In this document: positions 36,790-51,789 of the stretch, piece by piece | Layout of the letters: each line of letters begins with the position of its first letter | How positions within the stretch are numbered: the stretch's first letter is position 1 | Source of the DNA: Eledone cirrhosa | Lineage: Eukaryota | Direction of reading: 5' to 3' | DNA: 64,000 nt | NCBI GenBank assembly: GCA_964016885.1 | Contig: OZ024744.1 | Span: 34,224,001 to 34,288,000, forward strand | Position numbers and translations under genes: made by a program | Notes under the pieces: generated by a model | The model's input: the letters and a program-made list of their open reading frames with translations, nothing else | What the model was told of the DNA's origin: nothing | The model's database searches: none

Positions 36790-36992
36790 TTGAAGAGCCG
36801 AACTCACACTGTCATCGCCTCCATCTCTCTCGCATCCCCATCTCTCTGTATGGTGAACAAATGGGGTCCCACGTGCTGGCCGCCCTACAGGCCCGACGAA
36901 CAGGATGGAGAAGGCGTTTTTCCGGGAGGATGGTAAGGGAAATGCGCTGGAAGAGCCATTCCAACTCGCGAGGCTCACATCTGCGAGGCTCA
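36790..36992 (-). mobile_element. CRE-type LINE 3' fragment
   Basis: Minus reads CEPRELEWLFQRISLTILPEKRL; 3' motif GCCAGCACGTGGGACCCCATTTG is shared with 50878-50900. Confidence 0.7.
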
Positions 36993-36999
36993 AATTTTG

Positions 37000-37700
37000 A
37001 CGTGTCAGTTCCTGGTAATAAGGTTAAATTTCGGGTACCCAGCGAGATATTAAACAGAACTCATGAAAGAGCGAACTCACTCACAAGAATCAATGACCAT
37101 CCAATATACCTTATATTGATCTTTGGTTGTCCTTCTCACAGCAGGTTATATCTTGAGTTGATGTAGTACCAGAGTCTTTAAAATGTTTGACAATAAAGCA
37201 TGATGATTCTTATTCAAGTGTTCCTATAGCATAACCATGCACTGTTCCTATGCTACCAAAGATAGAAAAGTTGTGGCTGGTCATACACAAGCCTTCTCCA
37301 TATTATATGCATCATCAGTAGGTTAGACAATACGTTTAGTAACCAGTTCCTCACAGCATCAAACAACAACAGACCCATAAAGAATAAATGGCAAGAGGAC
37401 AGGTAAAAGATGTTAGTGGAAGTCTCTAGTAGGTACTCAACATAGTTTCGAACTTTGGGTGATGGCCGTTCTACTACAGCCTATGAGAACTTGTGTTGTC
37501 TGTGTCCTCAAATGTTGACAAAGTAAGTGGTTTTAGACATAGTACTGCTTCCACCCTATCTGAAGAGGGAGTGAGAAAGGCAGAGTTATACATTGCTTAC
37601 TTACTTCACAAACTTGGCAGCCAGCTACATCTGTCTGGTTCTCTAGTATCTCTCCTAGGAATATACGAGACTTTAGTGACACGTCAGAGATAGCTATCTA
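37000..37700 (-). pseudogene. Possible highly decayed Penelope RT remnant
   Basis: Fragments resembling C..NF.F....G.AIGT and RYI on the minus strand; very degenerate. Confidence 0.3.
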
Positions 37701-38273
37701 CCAGGAGACTAAGCTATACTACTGGACACTAAACAACCGCAATATATGATTAAGTTATATCTGTATATCCTGGAGAGGAGATGGGCTCCACCAGGTTTTA
37801 AATACTGCCCTAGTAATGTCATATGTTAATACGGCACCCCTATGCCCCTCTCGGGAGTTACGGGATCCTATCCTACATATATCTGTATATATACAGTTTA
37901 AAGGTAACTGTCACTGAGTAAATGTACCAAATATATGGTTTTCTCTGTAAATTGAATAAATGATATATAACCTCACTCAGGATACTACTATAATTGGGTA
38001 TATAACACCCTCTGATACGTATTTCCTTGTGGTGATTTAGATGGTGGTCTTGCCGTCTTATGAGAGTCTAACTAAATCAAGATTAAATATATTTAACATT
38101 TATTTAATTGACATGGAAACACATATACTTGGTATGTTTACATACCAAGATACTAAAAATATATAAATGTATATACCACATTTACTTAATCTAAGTTAAT
38201 ACTATACTTTATATCTCATATAGTATTGTATCATAAGTAAACATTTATGTTTTTATTATTTCAATGTACGTGC

Positions 38274-38707
38274 ATGAATCAAAGAAAAATAATTGTTTCT
38301 ACTTTAGGCACAAGGCCAGCAATTACCCAGTACATTACTGGTACTTTATTTTATCGACCTCGGAAGGATGAAAGGCAAAGTTAACCTCGGCGGTATTTGA
38401 ACTCAAAGAAAAATAATGTTTATATTCATATGTCTAATGCTGGCAATAGCTAGAACCGAATATTTGACTCAGAAATTTATCAAGTTACCAGGTGGTAAAA
38501 ATATAGTACTTGATAGTGGAGCTGAACATGTGCTTCCACCAGTAAGCACTCCTAGTCGGATAGTTTGTACACAATATTATGCATCTCTAGTGGATTGCAG
38601 TTTTTTTACATTTCACGATAAACAGTGTGAAGTATTTCATGATTGGAAAGATAAAGTAACTGTAGAGGACAGCACCACACCATGGACATACTATAAAGAA
38701 TATAAGG
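38274..38707 (+). pseudogene. Exon of a secreted PAN/apple-domain-like protein, interrupted by a SINE
   Basis: Removing the SINE and one TSD gives MNQRKIMFIFICLMLAIARTE (signal peptide-like) then SRIVCTQYYASLVDCSFFTFHDKQCEVF (PAN-like spacing, one expected Cys is Tyr); donor G|GTAAG at 38707/38708. Confidence 0.55.
38294..38402 (-). mobile_element. 5'-truncated dominant-family SINE with about 15-bp TSD
   Basis: TSD TCAAAGAAAAATAAT at 38279-38293 and 38403-38417. Confidence 0.88.
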
Positions 38708-38737
38708 GTAAGTTACTTTACTATTGATATCTCATCA

Positions 38738-39130
38738 CGGTGGATTGGCAGTATCGGTAGAGGGTCGCACGCCATGCTTTGACGCATAGTTACGGCCCTT
38801 GCCATTCTGAGTTCAAATCCCGCTGAGGTTAACTTTGCCTTTCATCCTTACGGGTTCGATAAAATAAAGTACCAGTAATACACTGGGGTATTAGCTGGTC
38901 TTGTGCCAAAAGTAGAAACAATTATTATTATAAGGGTGGTGGATTGGTAGTATCGGTAGAGAGTCAAACACCATACTTTGCAGCATAGAGTTACGGCTCT
39001 TTACGGTCTGAGTTCAAATCCCGCCGAGAGTAACTTTGCCTTTCATCCTTACGAGATCGATAGATAAAATAAATTACCAGTAATGTACTGGGTAATTGCT
39101 GGCCTTGTGCCTAAAGTAGAAACAATTATT
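38738..39130 (+). mobile_element. Two head-to-tail dominant-family SINEs
   Basis: Full boxes, core and tail at about 38738-38931 and 38934-39130. Confidence 0.9.
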
Positions 39131-39134
39131 TGTT

Positions 39135-42100
39135 TCTCAATTTACCACGTATAATTTGCTCCATAAGATTTGTTGATTTCCCTTGTTTGTTACAAACTGT
39201 AAATTAGGCACCATACATTGCCCCCAGAAAAGGCAACCCCATTTGGATCTTAGAGCCAAATTTTGAAATTATATTTGCAATTTACGCCAACAGTGAAAGC
39301 GAGAAACTGCAAGAAAAAGAAAACATGCGGCATTTTGTCGACAACAACAAGAAAACAAAAGAAAATAAACCATTGTCACCACCACCGCCACCACAATCAC
39401 CAACTCAAATACAGAGACCAACACAAAACAACAACAACAGTGGCAGCAGCAACAAAAGCAACATCAATATAATTTACATAAAAGTTGACAAAATTCATAC
39501 ATGCTGCGACACGTTGTCGAGCGGAAAACTGGCCCGTTCGGCTACCAGCCCATGCTTTGCTGCCCACCAGGCTGAAGAGAGCAAACTGTCCAGGTATCGG
39601 CCACTCTCAAATAGGTTTGTAGTTGAGCCTGTAGCAGTGGGGGTCTTCCAGCGTTCTTGTACCCGGACCACACCCCTGATCACTGACAGCAGGTGCGAGC
39701 TGCGCGAGGTTGAGTGGCTGTTCCAGCGCGTCTCATTCAGGGTCCCCAGGGGCAATATATTCTCCATATTGTCGCATGGAACCATGAGGTAGAGGGTAAG
39801 ATAGTTGGAGGTGGAGGATACTCATTCGGACGTCACATATATATACATTTACAAATGAATGCAGATTTATCAAAGACGTATAGCGACCCGGCGTGTGACC
39901 CCTTTCCAATAAAATACAACACAGATGATCTCTCAAAATCAGTCGTTACCTTAGCAAGTGCAACAAAAAACAAAACGGAAACAATAACTGTCAACGAATA
40001 TAAGATAAAGGAAGCTAAGCAGGTGTTAACGAGAAGTCGGAGAATCAGCCTCACACCTCCATCTGATGAGCTGGAAAATGCAAGATGTTGTACACTTATA
40101 TACGGTTAATTTTGACTGAAGTAACCCTAGATGGAACGCACCACTGAGTCTCAGATCCAAAAGGTTTTCAATTGCATAAAACTCTTCGCTCGAGGCCGGA
40201 GATTTGGGACGGTAGACGTATTTTTGAAAACTCAAGAGGAAGCCAGACAACACTCCCTGGTACCACTGAGGAGTGAAGAACTGTCTCTGTCACCGACGTA
40301 AATATCAGAAAGAACCAGGTACCGCATATAATAGCTATTCCATGGCTAGTGGCAGCTGTCCACATGGACGTTGAGGATAGCACACAGATTATAGAAGTGA
40401 AAATAAATCAAACTGGTCAGGATCGGGGATGGATCTACTTTTTCAAATGAATCGAGAAAATACTGAAGCCAAACTCGATATAATAGACAATGTGGACGGA
40501 ACCCACCTCCGCCTGACCGTTGTGGACAGAAGTCCAAAGTGCACACACGTGATTCAAAAACCCACTTCAAGACTTTCTGCCCATAACAGGCAACGAAGGA
40601 AACAAAGACACCCAGCATTCTAAATCAATATTTCAAGAGAAAGTCATCAAAACAACCGGTGGCCACAATCAGCTCACCAACATCTACACCAACACCAACA
40701 CTAAAAATAACAACACGAGGAAGAACAGAACATGCTAAAAATCACAACTGTCCGAGCTGCTCTCAGAGTGACGAAACCGTCCAGCATGCAATCGTCCAGT
40801 ATCCATGTATTGCTGACATGTAGATTTACATCGAACACCTACTGTTACGGGACGTAACCGGCTATCAGATGAGTCCACTGTGAAGATTGACCCACCGCCT
40901 TCCTTTATCCGAGAAAAATATGCAGCATCAACAGTACCAACAACAACAACTGTACCTATAACAATAATAACAACAGCTGAAACATCAACAACAAAAGCAG
41001 TTGAGATAACAACAGCGCTATCAGCACCACAATTGACACAACAACAGATATCACAAGCACCAGCATCGTCATCCAGCCTCCGCAACAACAGTAAATACTA
41101 AGCCAACAAAAAGACACAACCTTCACAAATTATAGAGTCATAAACACAAGGCTACCTATTCAACGACCCCAGGTCACTGAATATAAGTGTGGTGACCATA
41201 AAAGACACCAAATTTCCGCCGCTTGAGCCTTCGCACTCATTTATGGGTGCTGCAAGGTGTACACATCTCCAAGCCGTCCAGAATCTGGAGGATAAGTCAC
41301 TTGTTGTTTCGGAAAGGCTTGGATCTCACGAAAAGGACAAACTTCCAGGACCCAGAAGGTAAGATGGTGGTACTAAATGTGACCAGCAGTGAACGGTATG
41401 CCTTTAAGCTTGTCTATACCCCGACAGGGGCCGAATAGCTAGATTTCTCCAGGCTCCGTGAGACGTTTCTCGGAACTTATTTCTCTTTAGTGTTAGTGAG
41501 CGGTTGGAGCGGTATCTTAGTCGCAGCCTGAGACTGTGATGATGTAGCAGAAAGGGGTGTAAAAGCCTCAGGCAGGTACCGAATGGATTTCTTGAATGTG
41601 CCAATAGATTGGTGAATTAATTAAGCAGGCTTTCACAACAATTGGTGGTTTGCCCTAAAAAGGGCGATTAGTGTACAATCGATTAGGTTTAGTAAGGGAG
41701 AAGCGATTGCGGAAACTAGACTAGAGGGTGAGCTAGTTGAAAAACTAGAAGAAGCGTTAAGGAAATGTGACAAAACTCACGTGCTATTAACGAGATTACC
41801 TCCTGAACAATCTTTCAATGCAATGGCATCAAGACATCGCTAACAAGGACATGGGCTCTTAGACAGGAGAGGACGAAAGTCGTTCAATAGACTCGAGCAG
41901 CAGAGGCACAACGTAGCAAAAGAGCCAGAATGCGGTGTTTGGAAGAACATGAGGGTCGCATGGTACTCAATCCCAAGTAGATTTGTGCGGATTTTTAGCA
42001 ACACTGTTCGGGAGCCGTGGTGGGCCGGATCACAGAATGGACCTTGACAGCCTACCCGGCTTTCAGCCATGGAGGCGGAGTATTGGGAAGCCAATAACAA

Positions 42101-42800
42101 CCACTAAGATACGGGAGGCAACATAACTGTCCGGGGGGTACGTCATTGTGTAAGCATAGTTTGCCCTAAGTGTTATACGCCTACATGCCAAGTCATGTCT
42201 GCTGACCTCTGTCAGACGTCTACTGCAAATGGCACGATTGCCAGTTCTGTGGGTACATTTTCAAGGTTGTATCACGTTATTTGTGTCGAACATCAAACAC
42301 ATTGAGATGATCAGCACCACTCTGAGGGAGTACGAAGTGGTAACAAAGAATTCCACGTTAGCGTGCTATAGGGGACTAGTGATGGGTAAGTGAGACGATG
42401 TTCTCATAGAAATTTTGGGCCTCAACGAACTCGAACTAATTAGTCTCTTCCAGAGAACTTTTGAGCCGGAGTCTATGGACAATTACTAGAAATCCCTGGT
42501 TTGGAATGCTACCAGGGAGCACTACCGTTTCGAAATATATTCCATAGACATGGAAATGCTGCCAGACGGACCTGTCCACGGTGCGCGTTGAGCAATGAAG
42601 CCGTTCTGTACACACTCGTCCAGTGTCCGTGCATTAATGTTTTCTGCAGTTTTGTCGAACAGATATGTTCGCATGTGCAGGATCTGACTATCAGTTGATT
42701 CATCGTGAGGATCACCACGCCGCCTTCTTCTGGCCTGGATAGACAGGAGGTTTTCCTGTGTGAGATGTCAATGGCAAAAAAGGTTTTCTCAGTTTTTTCA
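39135..42800 (+). mobile_element. Old, deleted Tx1/L1-type LINE relic, interrupted by a CRE fragment
   Basis: Thr-rich ORF1 remnants; endonuclease-like pieces at about 41150-41450; C-terminal WECYQGALPFR..HRHG..RTCPRC..EAVLYTLVQCP homologous to 2774-3193. Confidence 0.65.
39497..39790 (+). mobile_element. CRE-type LINE 3' fragment
   Basis: TCCDTLS...AAHQAEESKLSRYRPLSNRFVVEPVAV...EVEWLFQRVSFRVPRGNIFSIL. Confidence 0.72.
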
Positions 42801-43470
42801 AACACTTTTTGATTGGACTATTAGTTTTATTGTTTATTGTATATTTTAATATACTGTTTGTTGCTAAATCGACCAGAATCTCAAGGAATTGATCAGCTTT
42901 TTTACTTTTCCTGCCATTCCAGATAGTAATGTATTTTTACTCTTTATGATGTATATATACTGTTTTAGTCAAAATGTAGAAAACAGCACTATGACTACAT
43001 CACATGGAAAATTAAAATATTTGATACTACAAATTTTCAGAAGAATATGTCCTCTAGTAAAGATAGCATAAACATTTGAATTAACGACTCTGTTGTGAGA
43101 CATTTTGTACAAAATTATTTCAATGTTCTGAAAGTTAAAAGGGAATAGTTGGGGTTTTCTGGCAGTGGTGTTAAACCAGCCAATTAATTAGGATTAGGAG
43201 TGGTTCCTCCGTGAACATCCACACAGTTTCTGTCTTCACAATTTCCCTCACAATATTAGGGTCGATTTGATGTTTTCGTAGAAGGTACTTCCCGACATTA
43301 TTGCATTGTGAGATCAAACTAAAAACCATGTGATGGCGACAGCTATTAAAAAGGATCTAATAAGCATGTTGCAAGGTTTCTAATTAATCACTTAATGTCT
43401 TTACTTTAAAATATGAATATCAATTATACTTAATAAATAAATACATTTTCCATGACAAATTTTTATACAG

Positions 43471-43646
43471 GTTGTTATAGAACATTTATGTTGAAATCAT
43501 ATAGTTTTGTTATCTTCGGATTTATCTACAAAGCATTGGTACCCCGATATCACCATATTGCAAACGCCAGCTGTGTGGTGGAGACATGTCCACATTTTTA
43601 TCGAAGTTCTCTAATAGATTCTTGGGAGAAACTACCTATAGTAGAG
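43471..43646 (+). pseudogene. Candidate second exon of the PAN-domain gene (possibly C-type-lectin-like, frameshifted)
   Basis: Acceptor TTTTTATACAG at 43460-43470, phase-compatible with exon 1 (G|GT-TGT gives Gly-Cys); donor GAG|GTAAGG; ANASC...LIDSWEKLPIV. Confidence 0.35.
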
Positions 43647-43674
43647 GTAAGGTTTATGTATATATATATATATA

Positions 43675-44301
43675 TGATGAAATTTACTTTCCGTTGGAAA
43701 TTCTCTGAATTTCTAATCTTTTGTAAACGGAAACCGCCGGTAATAGCATTATGAACAGGTAGATATTTAGATAATTTTCTAATTTATTTAAAGGATTGTT
43801 TAATGTTTGTTTGTTCTGCTCATCAATTTTTATAGTTCTGGTATCTCGAATTAGTACCATAGAACAACAATTATATTATAGACACCCTATATATCTCTAT
43901 GGGTACTTAGTACTCAGAGAGATATTTACCTCATTTTTATATATTCTCCAATCTATGTAGAGAAAAAATTCGTTGTTGCTTACTGCTATTTTTTTAGCAG
44001 CAAAGCCATCAACACGTCTGTAATATTCCCGCTTTCACTAGCGGCCGGTTCACGTGTGGGGTACTTTAATGGCCATAACTCATACGAGCTGGTAGTTGGC
44101 ATTATATTTGCAGACCGTGGGTCTTAGTCCTATAGGATGGAAATAGCTATCTGATGAACTTTACTTTCCGTTGGAAATTCTCTGAATTTCTAATCTTTTG
44201 TAAATGGAAACCGCCGGTAATAGCATTATGAACAGGTAGATATTTAGATAATTTTTGTAATTTATTTAAAGGATTGTTTAATGTTTGTTTGTTCTGCTCA
44301 T

Positions 44302-44305
<4 letters not shown>
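43675..44305 (+). mobile_element. Retrozyme-like element: 477-bp non-coding monomer plus about 150-bp direct repeat
   Basis: 43675-43826 resembles 44152-44305; predicted GUA cleavage triplets at 43740-43742 and 44217-44219 are exactly 477 nt apart; (TA)n on both sides. Confidence 0.85.
44146..44224 (+). ncRNA. Type I hammerhead ribozyme
   Basis: GCTAT-CTGATGA-acTTTAC..TTGGAAATTC tct GAATTTCTAA..GTAAAtg-GAAAC-CGCCG-GTA-ATAGC. Confidence 0.8.
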
Positions 44306-44373
<68 letters not shown>

Positions 44374-44468
44374 GTAGAACACTGGAAGGTAATATCCGTA
44401 GTGGTAGAGCACTCAGTCCATGGGACGAGTTAGGTAGAATTGGTTACACAACAGTTAGTTCACCATAC

Positions 44469-44506
44469 CGAGAACAATTGTTTCACCTTAGCAGATCCTC
44501 AGCTCG
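44469..44506 (-). ncRNA. Minimal type I hammerhead
   Basis: Reverse complement of 46003-46040 with one substitution. Confidence 0.65.
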
Positions 44507-46002
44507 TAATGGACATGGTTATACGGAACAGGAAGGACAACCGTACGAACGCGCATGCGCAGAAACCGTCACTTCACACAGGCTAAAAAGCGTGCGAGAT
44601 TTGTAAGGGAGATAACTCCGAAAGTCCGAAAAGTTTCTAGTTGACAAGAAAATTAGGATGTTTTTGTGATTCAATCCGGAGCTTTGTAGTTATGTAAGAG
44701 GTGTTTCGAGACGTGGACAACGTGTGAAGAATTCATTTCTCGTGTTTAGGCAATCACTATTGCATAATCTCTTGAAGATTATTTATTCGTTCATCAATAC
44801 ATAGTCCACACGACGGATTGTCCCTTGTGTGTGGCTTGGACTTAGCGATGGCTTTCCATTGAATGGAGTAGTCTATACTTGAGTCCTTGAGGGACCATAC
44901 GCGGCTCGCGTGTTTCGTGGATGAACGTCTGTCCGGGTACCTAAAGGTCGACTGGTGGTTCAGGAAGCGTTCCTTAAATCGGCCCTCCGCGATACCCATA
45001 TATGATTTGACCTCCTGTGGTTGATTTGGTCGGTTGGAAGTGACCACAGCTTCATAAATTACAGCGGGTGTGTTGCAATGCTGTTGAAGGGGACAAGCTT
45101 CGGGCTTACGGCAATAGCACCCTGGTGGGGTGTTGCTCTTAGCGCTGTTGGTGATGTGGGCCTTCATGTTCTTAGCGCAGGAGTATCCTAGTTTTACTTT
45201 GTGTCGGTTAAAGATGGAGCGGTATTTATGACCTATTTACGAAGTTTCTAAAAACAGTGGGAGGGTGGCATGAGTCCTTGTGAATGTAATTGAGTTTTTC
45301 GTTTAGCTTATGGAAGGGTCTGTAGGTGTGTGTGCGAAGGTCTAAATTAATGTCTAAGAAATCTACGCTAGAGAGGTTGGTAGCTACTGTTATCCTAAAT
45401 CCTATCTCATTGAAGGTAGAAATTAAGTCTTTTTTAAACCGGTCGAGGTCGTGACCACTTTTATGGCTCGATAAGGTCAGTTCGCCGTCGCGGTATATTC
45501 CCGTGTGGAAGTCCGGGAATCTAACACGTAATATATCTAAAATAAATAGGCCAACCAAGTCGCATACGTCAGCACTGTCAAACGATCCCATAGAGACGTG
45601 GAATAGGTCTGAAGTTGTTGACTTCTTTGCCCAGGCTACTCCGTAGTTGAAGAGGAGGGTTTTCCGGCAGTGAGCGATGATTTCCCTGTCTAAACCATCG
45701 ACGGTGGTGTAAGTGGTAGCGAAGTCCAACGCTTTGTTTAACAGGGTCTCTGAGATCGACGGGTAAAAATCAACAATGTCAAACTGTGTGAACTTCGCTT
45801 TTTTGGATTTGAAGGAGTTGAACCACTTACATAACTTCAAAGCTCCGGATTGAATCACAACATCCTAATTTTCTTATCAACTAGAAACTTTTCGGACTTT
45901 CGCCTCTCGCATGCTTTTTAGTATTGCCTGTGTGAAGTGACGGTTTCTGCGCATGCGCGTTCGTACAGTTGTCCTTCCTGTTCCGTATAACCATGTCCAT
46001 TA

Positions 46003-46040
46003 CGAGCTGAGGATCCGCTAAGGTGAAACAATTGTTCTCG
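46003..46040 (+). ncRNA. Minimal type I hammerhead
   Basis: CGAG-CTGAGGA-tCC gctaa GGt-GAAAC-AATT-GTT-CTCG; palindromic AACAATTGTT. Confidence 0.7.
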
Positions 46041-46066
46041 GTATGGTGAACTAACTGTTGTGTATA

Positions 46067-48219
<2,153 letters not shown>

Positions 48220-50211
48220 CGAAGTTTGTAAGCCACGATAATGCCGGTCGGACGAAAAATAATTAAATCGTAAGAAACAGGGGTTGTTTTTGCCTTAATT
48301 TATTTCTGTTCTGATATCTCGAGATTAATATCTCTTCTTCCCAGGAAAATAAAGGAACTATTCCAGTTTCCAATGTGGCTTGCACATCGCCCACTGGAAT
48401 ATATATATAAATATAGCTATTTGTGGCAGCTTCCCCAAAAAGAAAAAAATATTTTCAAATTTTCAAATTTGAGAGAGAGTGTGAGAGACAGAGAGACTCA
48501 GTCGGAAGAGGAAGTGCAGTGTCTATGACATTTTTCGGGACTCCGAGACTAATGGAAGAATGTGGCGGAAAATATTATCTCTAAACTAGAAACTAACGAA
48601 AAGATCAAAACAGGTCAGGTGGTGGTGCTAACCCGGGAGACATTTTAACCCCACCACCCATGAAGAGCTACACTTCACTCGATGCTCTTCCACTCAGTTA
48701 ACGTCTTCCAAATTTTTTTAGGAAAGGCATAAATATTACAACAACGTATCTATCAGTTTTTACCTTAAATTGTTGAACTATGTGTTCAATCGAAAATGAG
48801 GACTAGTTTGAGGTGTTAGAGATAGAAACCAAGTCAATCTGGAATTACATTTTGTCTTAAAAGACAGAGACGCGTTGAATAATGTACGTATTCTTGGATT
48901 AGAACCAAAGTTATTGTATCTACACCCGGTTTCTGTCAGTTCGTTGCATGGTTAACCCACATCTGGCTCTAGATTAAATATGCATGAAGAAAAAAGAGAG
49001 AAAACCTAGAAATCGCGCCTGAACCACCCTTCATTACAAGATTGATTAGGGCTCTGAAATATCTAAAAGAAATATCATTAATAGTTCAATGTTTTCAATT
49101 CAATTCAATTATGTACCTTCTTTTCTGAAGAGGTTTGAAATTCTGTATTTCCACTGTAGTTAATTGGTTTTATTGAAAGGTGTTCTTGGACAGTAATTAA
49201 TGAGCAGGGGACCTAATTTCTTACTCAGTAGCAAAATCTTTATGAAGCCACAATTAATGCAGCTGCCAATGAATTTGAGCGGATTCTCTCACAGACTTAC
49301 ACATTTACAAGGCGATCAACAAGCACTTCGTTGGGATCCCATCATACAGCATTAAAAAAAAAAGCATCACCTCCCCACTAATCCATTGCACCTTTGGGCA
49401 GCCCATGCAATTGTTATTCGTTTAGTAAATCTGTTTATTTCACAGCGGGCCTCTATATCTAAAGCCCAATATGCACTACCTGTTTTAGATTCTTTAATTT
49501 CGTTCCTTACACTTCTGAATTCCATTTCTATTATAATTCCACAGGTTGAAAAACTACAAAATAACTGCCATTGTCACACTGGTCTTTGATTCAATAAACT
49601 AAAATAATTTAAAAGCAAAAAAAAATAATAATGATAAATAATAGTAATAATTGTTTCTACTTTAGGCACAAGGCCAGCAATAAATAATAGTAATAATAAT
49701 GCCGAGTCCAATAAAATAAATCCGTACATTTAAGGAGATACGTTGACGTCGTATGAAAATGGCCCCTGATTTCTTACGCTATCTACTTTCTAACGTCACT
49801 GTTCTGAGTTTAAATGTCACTACCATGTACTTTGCTATATTCGTAACAACTCTATTTATTTATTTATTTAGTTATCTATTTATTTATTTATTTATTTATT
49901 TATTTATTATCTAAATCGCAATTGGCGAACAATATATTTTCAAGGAATTTCAACTCACTCAACGCTACGATAGTATATTTACAAATGTTGTCACATTTAA
50001 AAAGCTGATATTTAACTTCTACGAAGAGCTGGATCATTTAACTCAGTCGAAACTAGAGAGGTCCACAGTTCGATTTTCTGTAGGGGCTGCTGGACACTTC
50101 TATTCCTTCTGTAGGGGTTATTTTACTCAATATTCTAAGTCATCATTTGTAACAATCAATTGTGTTCACAATTATTTCTCCCGTTTGAGATTCTCTACAT
50201 TTTCTAACTGT

Positions 50212-50617
50212 AGGCGCTTGACTTAGTGACTAAAGCGTTGGGTTTACTATTGCGAGGTTGTGAGTTCGAATCTAGGACTAGGCGGTGCGTTGTGTTCTTG
50301 GGAAAAACACTTTATTTCACATTGTTCCATTTTACTCAGCTGTAGAAATGAGTTACGACGTGACTTGTGCCAAGCTGTATCGGCTTTTGCCTTTCCCTCG
50401 GACACCAGTGGCGTGGAGAGGGAAGATATGCATGGGAGACTGGTGGTCTTCCAGAAACACACTTTTCCCTGCCTTGTGCCTCGGTGGAGGAACATTCTAG
50501 GTGGAAAACCATGGTTATTCGTGACTGAAGGAGGCCTACGGTGAACGATATATATAATTGACTTTCTTCTCCCCTTCAAATTGCTGGTTTTGTGCCAAAA
50601 GTAGAAAAAAATTATTA
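50212..50617 (+). mobile_element. Second, longer tRNA-derived SINE family (CORE-like central domain)
   Basis: TGACTTAGTGA A-box-like, GAGTTCGAATC B-box, TTGTGTTCTTGGGAAAAACACTTTATTTCAC; 3' tail shared with the dominant SINE. Confidence 0.65.
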
Positions 50618-50639
50618 TAAATAAACGTAATAATTAGAG

Positions 50640-50905
50640 TCTCCAGCGGCATCCTCGTGCAGTTTGCGACTGATAAACGCTCTGCTGCACTTCGGGCCGA
50701 AGAGAGTAAACTCTCTAAATATCAGTCGCTCTCCGACTCTTTTACGGTCGAGCCCATAGCAGTGGAGACTACAGGTGTGAGACTCGCGAGCTGAAATAGC
50801 TTTTCCAATGCGTCTTCCCACTCATCATCCTCTCGGGAAATGCCTTTTATATTCTGTCTGCTGGGGCTGCGGGGCGGCCAGCACGTGGGACCCCATTTGC
50901 TTATA
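50640..50905 (+). mobile_element. CRE-type LINE 3' fragment
   Basis: Homologous to 39497-39790 and 36790-36992; ends GCCAGCACGTGGGACCCCATTTG. Confidence 0.65.
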
Positions 50906-51789
50906 ATAATGGAGATAGGGAGAGCGAGAGAGAGAGAGACGGAGGCAATGAGTGAAAGCGAGAGAACATCAACACTTATTTACTTATCTATTTATTTATA
51001 TTAAGCTGTTAAGTGATTGGTATGATAGTATGAGTTACAATGAACAATAAATATGATACCACTAGCGGTTTTGCGAGATTCACAATATGCTTTCTCCTCA
51101 TCAAAAGAATTTCTGTTTTATTCATTCAACGTGTATCTGTTATATATATTTTTGAAATCATTTATAATTTTTGTGCTAGTACATGAGCAAATGCCAAAGA
51201 CAATTTTATTTTACAATGAAACCGAGCACCATGTAAAACTCCATATTGTTCTGAATGATCAACATGTAATTTTATATAAAAATGTCTTCTTCTTCTTCTT
51301 CTTCTTCTTCTTCTTCTTCTTCTTCTTCTTCTCTTTCAAGGTTAGCTTCCTCTCTACCCATTTCTGGGGGAGTGAGGCCACTCTGTTCGTCAAAATGTTC
51401 ATGTTTTGTGCTGTAAATGTTGTTTTTCATCTGTTTTCAAAGTGTTTTATTTGTTGATTTTGTCACAAAATGTCAATGGGCGCCAAACATTGCCATCAAA
51501 AAAAGAAGATACCATAATATTTAGACCAAAAGCTCAAATATTGTATATTTATTTCCAAGTCACATCCCTTGATTTAAAAGAAATGGAGGGGACCCCCTCT
51601 CCCCCACCTATCTACATCCAGAAATCCGAATAACCCCAACCTGCACGAAGTGGGCATGCGTCATATCATTGACAATGCCACAACCACCGCTATCAACAAC
51701 AAAGAGCAGCAACAATAACCGCTACAGCAGCAAATGCAAAAAAGAAATGAAACAAAACATGTGTTAACCGTTTAACCAGCTAGCCGCCC

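Larger units (their letters stand above)
44370..46066 (-). mobile_element. Penelope-like element (RT + GIY-YIG, internally deleted) between inverted pLTRs
   Basis: ORF 45226-45858(-) QFDIVDFYPSI, SMGSFDSADVCDLVG, GIYRDG; ORF 44757-45167(-) CYCRKPEACPL..VIYEA..YMG..FKERF; about 44445-44680 is inverted at 45830-46063. Confidence 0.9.

Noticed and set aside
48225-48300. CGATAA-tgccggtcggac-GAAA hammerhead-like string next to (TA)n
   Set aside because: The core is too degenerate and no stem I could be formed.
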